From positions 3,562-67,561 of the forward strand of contig JAWUWM010000050.1 in assembly GCA_034111845.1 (NCBI GenBank): a stretch of DNA of 64,000 bases. Direction: 5' to 3'. Both the position numbers and the translations under genes were made by a program. Positions 56,951 through 64,000 of this stretch are shown here, piece after piece; the first letter of the stretch is position 1, and the number at the start of each line of letters is the position of its first letter. Below the pieces are notes generated by a model that saw only the letters and a program-made list of their open reading frames with translations, was not told where the DNA came from and made no database searches. The DNA comes from Psychroserpens sp. (GTDB taxonomy: Bacteria > Bacteroidota > Bacteroidia > Flavobacteriales > Flavobacteriaceae).

Positions 56951-57325
56951 ATGAAAACTAGAACCATGTTGGAGCTGCTCACGTTATCAACGAGTATCTA
57001 CCATTTTGCAAAAGAAGCACAACTTATGGATAGAATTAATGAGTTATCTGATAAGGGTAAAGATGGTATTAACAAAGTAGCTTCAGATTCACAATTAGGT
57101 GAAGATGGTAATGAACTTGAATTTATTGATAAGTTTATTCTTAAAGCAAATCAAGTAAAGGAAGAACTTGAGCAAAAAATTGAAGAGCAGGTTATTCAAA
57201 TTTACAAAAAAATGAATATTGCGCATTTAGATGACATAACAGCGCTCAATGAAAAGGTTAATAAAATAGATAAGGAAAATGCGCTATTAGAAGCACGTTT
57301 AATTCGTTTAGAAGCAAAGGAATAA
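56951..57325 (+). CDS. Phasin-like coiled-coil protein
   Basis: Helical; ..KKMNIAH.DDI..L..K..LE C-terminus; directly upstream of the UbiB kinase. Confidence 0.6.
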   Translation: MKTRTMLELLTLSTSIYHFAKEAQLMDRINELSDKGKDGINKVASDSQLGEDGNELEFIDKFILKANQVKEELEQKIEEQVIQIYKKMNIAHLDDITALNEKVNKIDKENALLEARLIRLEAKE

Positions 57326-57326
57326 G

Positions 57327-59030
57327 ATGGGAGTTTTTAGGATAATCAGTAATAGATACAATTCGGTTGCTAGATATAATCAAATTATAAAGGTCTTGGT
57401 TAAATATGGCTTTGATGACTTGGTCTTTTATATGAGAAAGGAAAAACGATATCAGTTTTTTCAAAAATTCATTCCCAGATCTTCAAAGAAGCGCGCTATG
57501 CTGCATACAAAATGGGAAAAAATGCGTTTGGTTTGTGAAGAGCTTGGGCCAACATTTGTGAAGTTCGGACAAATAATGAGTAATCGACCTGATTTGATTC
57601 CGTTTGATTTAGTTTTTGAGTTAGAGAAATTACAAAATAACGTTCCGCCAATACCTGAAAATCAAGCTAAAGAAATTGTAGAGTCTCAACTTAAAGATAA
57701 GGTAGAAAATTTATTTGCTTGGTTTGATCCTACACCTTATGCATCTGCTTCAATGGCGCAAGTACATAAAGTAATAATGAAGACTGGGGAGCGAATTATT
57801 CTAAAAATTCAACGACCAGGTATTCGCGAAATTATTTTTGAAGACATAAAAGTGATGTATACTATAGCTGCTGTTCTAGAAAATCGAATCCCTTCTTTAA
57901 AAAGTTTTGATCCTGTTGGATTAGTTAAAAACTTTGAAGAATCAATTTTAAAGGAGCTCGATTTTATTAATGAATCTATAAATGTTCAACGATTTTATAA
58001 TAATATAAATAATGATACCGGTAAAGATCAATTTGCCTGTGCACCCAAAGTTTATCAGGATTATACTACAGATAAAATACTGGCATTAGAATTTATGTCT
58101 GGTATTAAAATAAATAAAATAAAAGAGTTAGAAGATTCTGGAGTTGATACTAAGATTATTGGTAAGCGATTAACTACTACTTATTTTAAACAAATTTTTG
58201 AGTATGGATTTTTTCATGCAGATCCACATCCAGGTAATTTATTGGTCATGCCAAATGGTTCTATTTGTTATTTAGATTTTGGAATGATGGGTAGTATTCT
58301 GCCTAGGGATATTGAAGTATTCGGACAATTATTCATGTCAATTATAAAGAAGGACGTCTATAAAATCATCAAAGTACTGCAAAAACTATCCAGTAATTCT
58401 GCCATTACTAATATGAGAGATTTAGAATTTGATCTCAATGAATTTGTAGAGAAAAACTATGTAAGGACTATTCATAAAAATGAAATGAGTACAGTGCTAC
58501 TCGAACTAAAGGATATAATAGTGGCACATGGTTTAAAAGTACCAACTTATTTTTATCTTTTTGCTAGATCATTGGTGACTATAGAGGGCGTGATAGAAAA
58601 ACTAAACCCAGATTTGCAACAGTTTAATATGGTTCGTCCATATTTAATTAAAAGTGTGTCTAAAAATTATAACCCATTAAAGATGGGTGAAAAAGTGCTT
58701 AACTCTATGTATGAGTTGAGTAATTATATGGAAGATTTCCCAGGAGATTTAAAAAATGCTATTCGCAAAATAAATAGTGGACAAGTAAAAGTAGACTTAA
58801 CCCACAAGGGTATTGATCCAATGGTGCATACGTTACAAAGGATAGCAAAACAATTGGTTAGTGCTTTCATAGCTGTGGCTTTAGTCGTTGGTTCATCACT
58901 ATTTATTATTAATGATGTAAAACCGTTATGGAGCGAAACGTCTGTTTTTGGTATTTTTGGTATTCTACTAGCAGGTATAATTATTTTTGGATTGTTAATG
59001 AACTTTAAAAAAGGGGATTATGATAACTAA
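57327..59030 (+). CDS. ABC1/UbiB (AarF) atypical kinase
   Basis: LGPTFVKFGQ, ASASMAQVH, KIQRPG, ELDF..E, FHADPHPGN, DFG. Confidence 0.93.
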   Translation: MGVFRIISNRYNSVARYNQIIKVLVKYGFDDLVFYMRKEKRYQFFQKFIPRSSKKRAMLHTKWEKMRLVCEELGPTFVKFGQIMSNRPDLIPFDLVFELEKLQNNVPPIPENQAKEIVESQLKDKVENLFAWFDPTPYASASMAQVHKVIMKTGERIILKIQRPGIREIIFEDIKVMYTIAAVLENRIPSLKSFDPVGLVKNFEESILKELDFINESINVQRFYNNINNDTGKDQFACAPKVYQDYTTDKILALEFMSGIKINKIKELEDSGVDTKIIGKRLTTTYFKQIFEYGFFHADPHPGNLLVMPNGSICYLDFGMMGSILPRDIEVFGQLFMSIIKKDVYKIIKVLQKLSSNSAITNMRDLEFDLNEFVEKNYVRTIHKNEMSTVLLELKDIIVAHGLKVPTYFYLFARSLVTIEGVIEKLNPDLQQFNMVRPYLIKSVSKNYNPLKMGEKVLNSMYELSNYMEDFPGDLKNAIRKINSGQVKVDLTHKGIDPMVHTLQRIAKQLVSAFIAVALVVGSSLFIINDVKPLWSETSVFGIFGILLAGIIIFGLLMNFKKGDYDN

Positions 59031-59033
59031 CAA

Positions 59034-59067
59034 TTAAAAAGCATCTCTAGTAGGAAATGCTTTTTAA
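59034..59067. terminator. Bidirectional terminator
   Basis: TTAAAAAGCAT..ATGCTTTTTAA between convergent genes. Confidence 0.75.
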
Positions 59068-59087
59068 TATTGTGTTTTCTATATAAA

Positions 59088-59690
59088 TCAAGCTTTGCTC
59101 ACAAATGCTTGTTTTAAATGCGTAAATGCCTCAGAAATTTCACTTTGAAAATGCTCCAATTTCGTCTCTTCTTTTTTAGTGTAATTTGATTTAAAGTCAT
59201 CAACGAATTTTTTAAACTCTTGTTTTCCTTTTTCAAAAGATGCTTTAGTATCTGTTTTACCTTGATTTAATTTTTCTTCTAAAATTTCAAGACTAATTTT
59301 AAATTGTTCAATTTCAATTAAAACAATTGCATACATGCGTTTAAATGTTTCATTGGTTTTAATCTCTACTTCAATTTCATGCAATTTTAGCAGTAATTGT
59401 TTTTTTTGTTCTTTAAATGTTTCTAATGATTGTGCTTTACCAAGTGCTAATTGTACTCGAAGTTCGTCAAATTTAGTATGTAGATTATCTGCCTTTTCTT
59501 TACCAGTTTTAGCTTTAAATTTGCTATCATGAATAAATAAGTTGAGTTTCTTTTTTAATTCTTCATACTTGTCTTGCGCTTCGGCTTTGCCTAGTGCTGC
59601 TTTTACTTGAAACTCCTCTATCTCAATAGTTGTTTTTTTTAGAGCTTCAACAATCTTGTCTATAAAGTGAGTGTTTTGCGCTGTTTCCAT
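59088..59690 (-). CDS. Hypothetical coiled-coil protein
   Basis: Internal repeat EEFQVKAALGKAEA / DELRVQLALGKAQS. Confidence 0.75.
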   Translation of the reverse strand: METAQNTHFIDKIVEALKKTTIEIEEFQVKAALGKAEAQDKYEELKKKLNLFIHDSKFKAKTGKEKADNLHTKFDELRVQLALGKAQSLETFKEQKKQLLLKLHEIEVEIKTNETFKRMYAIVLIEIEQFKISLEILEEKLNQGKTDTKASFEKGKQEFKKFVDDFKSNYTKKEETKLEHFQSEISEAFTHLKQAFVSKA

Positions 59691-59745
59691 AATAATTAGA
59701 TTTTATATTCAATATAAATATCAACACAATCCTTGTAAAATTCTA

Positions 59746-59757
59746 TGATATATATCA
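59746..59757 (-). promoter_or_regulatory. Regulon box (coiled-coil gene)
   Basis: TGATATATATCA; -7 degenerate (GATATTTA at 23 bp). Confidence 0.7.
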
Positions 59758-59890
59758 ATTAGTAGAAAGTTTTTGAATTTCAACTCAAAACTAATTGGGA
59801 TGAATGAATGCAAAGAGCAATCGATATTTTGTTAAATAAGATAAACAGGCGAGTCTGTTTGAATATTATTTTTTAATCTTTTTCTAGATG

Positions 59891-59933
59891 TGATAAAAAT
59901 CATTTTAATGATGGGACTTGATAATTAATTTTA
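59891..59933 (+). promoter_or_regulatory. Regulon box + -7 element (mgtC-like)
   Basis: TGATAAAAATCA 59891-59902, 23 bp, TAATTTTA at 59926. Confidence 0.85.
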
Positions 59934-59955
59934 CCCTAATTAATCAGCAATACTA

Positions 59956-61257
59956 ATGGGAGACTTTTTAACGTTAACAGATAAATTGGAACTCACACAA
60001 TTTGATTTTTTAGTCAGATTGGTAGTTTCTTTAGGCATCGGTCTTGTAATTGGTTTAGAGCGTGAGTTTTCAAGTAATAATAAAAATGAAATTTTTGCGG
60101 GTTTACGTACGATGTCTATTGTGTCGTTAACTGGTTTTGTCTGTGCCTTTTTAAGTTTTACATTTTTTCCTTGGATGTTTCTTGCAGGTTTTTTTAGTAT
60201 TGTACTTATTGTCGCTATTTCCTATTGGGTAACCTCAAAAAAAGGTGATATTGGAAGTACTTCAGAGTTTGCTACCATAATCACCTACATTTTGGGAGGT
60301 TTAACCTTATTAGGTCATATTGAATATAGTTTGGCATTAACAGTAATAATAGTTGTATTACTATCTCTAAAACTTAAATTTCAAAATATAATAGGGCAAA
60401 TTACGGAAGATGAGTTATCTGCTTTTATTAGGTTTGTTATTATTGCTTTGTTGATTTTACCTTTTCTTCCAAATGAAAAATATGGTCCATATAATGTAAT
60501 AAACCCAAGAGAAATTGGATGGGTTGTAGTATTAACTTCTGGTATTGGGTTTGTTGGTTATTTTTTGATGAAGTTTTTAAATTCAAAAAGAGGATTGCTT
60601 TTAACGGGCATTTTAGGAGGAATGGTATCTAGTACAGTTGTTTCTTGGGTGTTTTCTAAAAGGAGTAAAGAAAACCCTATATTGTCTAGTAGCTATGCTA
60701 TTGCAATTTTTGCAGCAGCAACAGTTATGATAGTTCGAGTATTGGTCTGGGTTTATATATTTAATAAATCAATGGTCAAAGGTTTATTACTACCAATTGT
60801 AATTATGATTTTGGCTGCTTTAAGTGTAACGCTTTACTTTTATAAAAAACAACATAGTAAACCATCTGATTCTGAAAAAATTCCTTTAGGTGAACCATTA
60901 AATATTAGAGATGCTGTTTTTTTTGGAATATTATATACTGGAATTTTAATATTGGTAAGTTATGCAAGTACCGAATATGGAGACAAAGGAATTTATATTT
61001 CAAGTGCTATAAGTGCACTTACAGATATTGATGCAATTACGATATCAATGTCTAAATTAGGAGGAAGCAACATTAACTATCTTACTGCTCAAAATGCTAT
61101 ACTATTAGCTATTTTAACAAACACTATTATTAAAATTAGCTTATCACTTTGGTTTGGGTCTAAACAGTTAAAAAAATATGTGTTAGTTGGTTATGGGTTG
61201 ATTTTTTTAGCAGGAGTAATAGGCTTTGTAATATTAAATAATAATTCACTATTTTAA
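59956..61257 (+). CDS. MgtC/SapB + DUF4010 membrane protein
   Basis: GLVIGLERE..AGLRT, G.TSE, LPFLPN..GPY..NP, GG..SST, DIDAI. Confidence 0.88.
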   Translation: MGDFLTLTDKLELTQFDFLVRLVVSLGIGLVIGLEREFSSNNKNEIFAGLRTMSIVSLTGFVCAFLSFTFFPWMFLAGFFSIVLIVAISYWVTSKKGDIGSTSEFATIITYILGGLTLLGHIEYSLALTVIIVVLLSLKLKFQNIIGQITEDELSAFIRFVIIALLILPFLPNEKYGPYNVINPREIGWVVVLTSGIGFVGYFLMKFLNSKRGLLLTGILGGMVSSTVVSWVFSKRSKENPILSSSYAIAIFAAATVMIVRVLVWVYIFNKSMVKGLLLPIVIMILAALSVTLYFYKKQHSKPSDSEKIPLGEPLNIRDAVFFGILYTGILILVSYASTEYGDKGIYISSAISALTDIDAITISMSKLGGSNINYLTAQNAILLAILTNTIIKISLSLWFGSKQLKKYVLVGYGLIFLAGVIGFVILNNNSLF

Positions 61258-61299
61258 TTTCCAAGCTTATTCATAATTAAATAGTATTTCAATTTGTTA

Positions 61300-62280
61300 T
61301 CAGTCTTTAGTTTTAGTCTCTTTTTTTTCTAGTTTTCTAAAATAACTTCTCGTTAGAAAGTTGTGCTTAAGAGCCTCCATATTCTGGTTAAATTTATCTG
61401 TACCTTCATTTATATTCTCTAAAGTAGATTTTAAACTTTTTACGAGCAAAGTATCTCTAACAATATAATTATAAGTCCCTTCGCTAGAATTGAAATCTTC
61501 AACAGCAGCATTGATGTTTTGTAACACACTTTCAATTTCTGTGCTAGATGTCTCAAGATTATCTACAATAGTTTTTAGCTTTCCTCCAGAAATTGTATCA
61601 TTGATTAACATACCAAGAACTGTATGATCATTTGTTTTAATTGACGACATAATAGCCTTCAATTCATTAATAGTACTAGAAGCACCATAACTAGCGTTTT
61701 TAAGATTAGTAATAGATTGTTTTAGGTCTTTTGCCATTATAGTGTCATTGAGTAGCATACCAATAGTCCCCTTACCTTTAGTAATATTATTAGTGATTTT
61801 TAAGAGATCTGAAGTTAGAATTGCTGCGTTTTCAGTACTAGTGTTTAGTGTGCTTAAAATGTCATCAGTACCAATTTTACTGTAAGATTCAATGATATCT
61901 CCATTACTTATAACTTCGGAAATTCCCTTTCCTGGAACAATGTTTACAATCATATTACCAACTAATCCATCTGACCCAATTGTAGCAATTGCATCTTTCT
62001 TGATATGAGTGATGATTTTTTCATCAATATTCATATCAATTTTTATGGTAGAATCATTAATCATTGTAATGTCTTTAACAGTTCCAATTTCAATTCCAGA
62101 ATATCTTACGTTATTCCCTTTTTGTAAACCATTAACATTCTGAAAAAAGGCACTTATGGTAAATATTTTTTTAAACATGTTTTGGCGTTGACCAATGAGG
62201 TAAACACCAACAATAAAAAGAATAGTTCCTATGAGAACGAAAACTCCTAATCGTAGTTTTTGTGAGTTTGTTTTTTTCAT
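61300..62280 (-). CDS. MCE/MlaD-family protein
   Basis: TM, GLQKGNNVRYSGIEIGTV, DGLVG. Confidence 0.9.
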   Translation of the reverse strand: MKKTNSQKLRLGVFVLIGTILFIVGVYLIGQRQNMFKKIFTISAFFQNVNGLQKGNNVRYSGIEIGTVKDITMINDSTIKIDMNIDEKIITHIKKDAIATIGSDGLVGNMIVNIVPGKGISEVISNGDIIESYSKIGTDDILSTLNTSTENAAILTSDLLKITNNITKGKGTIGMLLNDTIMAKDLKQSITNLKNASYGASSTINELKAIMSSIKTNDHTVLGMLINDTISGGKLKTIVDNLETSSTEIESVLQNINAAVEDFNSSEGTYNYIVRDTLLVKSLKSTLENINEGTDKFNQNMEALKHNFLTRSYFRKLEKKETKTKD

Positions 62281-62376
62281 GTGCTTCTATGTATTTTTTT
62301 TTAAAAACTATCACATGCTGTTCGCAATTAATCATTTTCTTGTGATAATGCATGTGTTATGTTCGTTTCATAATCA

Positions 62377-63138
62377 TTAATGTTTAAAAAAGACTTTAAT
62401 TTTTGGGTCTTTATGATTTGATAATTCTTGATAAGTTCCAACAACATAATCGATACCATTAATAAGTAATATCATTCGATCTGAAATGACTCTTGCGCAA
62501 TCCACATCATGGGTAATAATGATTGATGAGGTATTGTATTTTTTCTGAATCTCTTGCATTAGAATTATGATTTCTTTAGCAGTAATAGGATCTAGGCCAC
62601 TCGTTGGTTCATCGTATAAGATAATTTTAGGTTGTAGAATTAAAGTTCGTGCCAATGCAACACGTCGTTTCATACCACCAGATAATTCAGAAGGCATCAA
62701 ATCTATAGCACTAACCAAACCCACGCTTTCTAATGCCTCTATGACGAGTTTTTCAGTATTAAAATTGGATTCAAACTTTTTACAGTGTCTTCTCAATGGG
62801 AATTCTAAATTTTCTCGTACAGTCATGGAGTCATATAGAGCACTACCTTGAAATAGAAATCCAATATCTGCTCTTAAAATATCTAAAGCCTCTTGAGTTA
62901 ATTTAGTAATGTCTTTTTGCATTACTGAAATCGAGCCATTATCTGCCTCCATTAAACCTACCAAGCATTTAATCATTACCGATTTCCCAGAACCTGATTT
63001 TCCCATGATTACTAAGCTCTCTCCTTGTTGAAGCTGCATGTTAAAACCATTTAATACATGATTGTCTCCAAAACTCTTGTGTAGGTTTTTAATTTCCAAA
63101 ACAATGTTTTGGTTTGATATGTTGTTGGATTCTATCAT
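62377..63138 (-). CDS. MlaF-type ABC ATPase
   Basis: GKSGSGKS, LYDSMTV, PSELSGGMKRRV, YDEPTSGLDP. Confidence 0.9.
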   Translation of the reverse strand: MIESNNISNQNIVLEIKNLHKSFGDNHVLNGFNMQLQQGESLVIMGKSGSGKSVMIKCLVGLMEADNGSISVMQKDITKLTQEALDILRADIGFLFQGSALYDSMTVRENLEFPLRRHCKKFESNFNTEKLVIEALESVGLVSAIDLMPSELSGGMKRRVALARTLILQPKIILYDEPTSGLDPITAKEIIILMQEIQKKYNTSSIIITHDVDCARVISDRMILLINGIDYVVGTYQELSNHKDPKIKVFFKH

Positions 63139-63917
63139 AAATCGTAAAAAATATCGGTTACAAATACAGCTATAAAGTCTATAATAAATAGTAATAAGGA
63201 GGTAAGAACTACTGCAGTGTTTGCAGCTCTACCAACACCTGCAGTTCCTTTTTCGCAGTAATAACCTTTATAACAACCTACAATTCCAATGGCCAATCCA
63301 AAAAAGAAAGATTTTATTGTTGCAGGAATGATATCACCAAATTCTAATGAATCAAATACCTGACTAAAGTAAAGTGTGAATGATACATTTCCTTTTGCGT
63401 TTTCTACTAAAAAGGAGCCAAACAATGCAATTGCATCTCCCATAATTACTAAAATAGGGAGCATTAGTGTAATGGCTAAAATGCGAGTAACAACCAAATA
63501 TTTAAAAGGATTAGTGCCAGAAACCTCCATAGCATCAATTTGCTCAGTGACTTTCATAGAGCCAATTTCTGCTCCAATACCTGAACCAATTCGTCCAGCA
63601 CAAACCAAGGCTGTAAGAATAGGTCCAATCTCCCTTACAATTGAAATACTCACCATAGATGGCATCCATGATACAGCACCAAACTCCATAAGTGTTGGTC
63701 TTGTTTGTAGCGTTAGAACTAGACCTATAATGAAACCTGTAATACCGACTAACAACAAGGACTTATTTCCCATATTGTAGCATTGGTTTAATAATTCTTT
63801 AAACTCAAATGGGCGCTTAAATAATTCTTTAAAAAAGCGAGCGGTAAAATATGAAATATCTCCTATTTCGATTAAAAAGGAATCAAACTGCACTTTTAAA
63901 TTATGAATACCTGACAT
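63135..63917 (-). CDS. MlaE-type permease
   Basis: VREIGP, AGRIGSGIGAEIGSMKVTEQIDA, GVGRA. Confidence 0.92.
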   Translation of the reverse strand: MSGIHNLKVQFDSFLIEIGDISYFTARFFKELFKRPFEFKELLNQCYNMGNKSLLLVGITGFIIGLVLTLQTRPTLMEFGAVSWMPSMVSISIVREIGPILTALVCAGRIGSGIGAEIGSMKVTEQIDAMEVSGTNPFKYLVVTRILAITLMLPILVIMGDAIALFGSFLVENAKGNVSFTLYFSQVFDSLEFGDIIPATIKSFFFGLAIGIVGCYKGYYCEKGTAGVGRAANTAVVLTSLLLFIIDFIAVFVTDIFYDL

Positions 63918-63938
63918 ACTTTATTATAATCATCTTAT

Positions 63939-63981
63939 CAAATATATGAGAATTGGGTAGTGGTAAAAATGATATTAATCA
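63939..63981 (-). promoter_or_regulatory. Regulon box + -7 element (mla operon)
   Basis: TGATATTAATCA 63970-63981, 23 bp, perfect TATATTTG (minus, 63946). Confidence 0.9.
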
Positions 63982-64000
63982 TGTCGCCATCTAATATAGG

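Overview
AT-rich Flavobacteriaceae (Bacteroidota)-type DNA. Evidence: T9SS C-terminal sorting domains, bshB1, TAnnTTTG promoters and no Shine-Dalgarno usage. Bases 1-22.3 kb are mostly ordinary chromosome: satD/DUF3307, mscL, a HAD phosphatase, a 2021-aa T9SS surface protein, a Cys/Met PLP enzyme, rlmF, bshB1, tRNA-His, two M28 peptidases and several pseudogenes. From 22.4 kb to the window end lies a >41-kb stress/dormancy-type cluster: six USPs, Hsp20, HPF, a beta-CASP RNase, an ATP-cone nuclease, an eRF1-like protein, CBS, S2P, CbpA/M, UbiB, Mla and others. The main unannotated structure is a palindrome, TGAT-N4-ATCA. I found it by eye 21 times in intergenic DNA of this cluster (17 perfect). 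In 18 boxes (19 promoters) it lies exactly 23 bp upstream of a TAnnTTTG-like -7 element, which is class II CRP/FNR geometry. In the middle of the cluster is a likely cognate two-component pair. One is a kinase combining a FixL-like heme-PAS with a canonical NCRFLQ LOV domain. The other is a receiver-CRP/FNR fusion regulator. I infer an O2- and blue-light-gated, DosR-like dormancy regulon. It includes one box-driven promoter with no protein gene, which points into a structured tandem sRNA candidate next to hpf. The cluster is visibly decaying, with many pseudogenes. Family names come from motif recognition only; no database searches were run.
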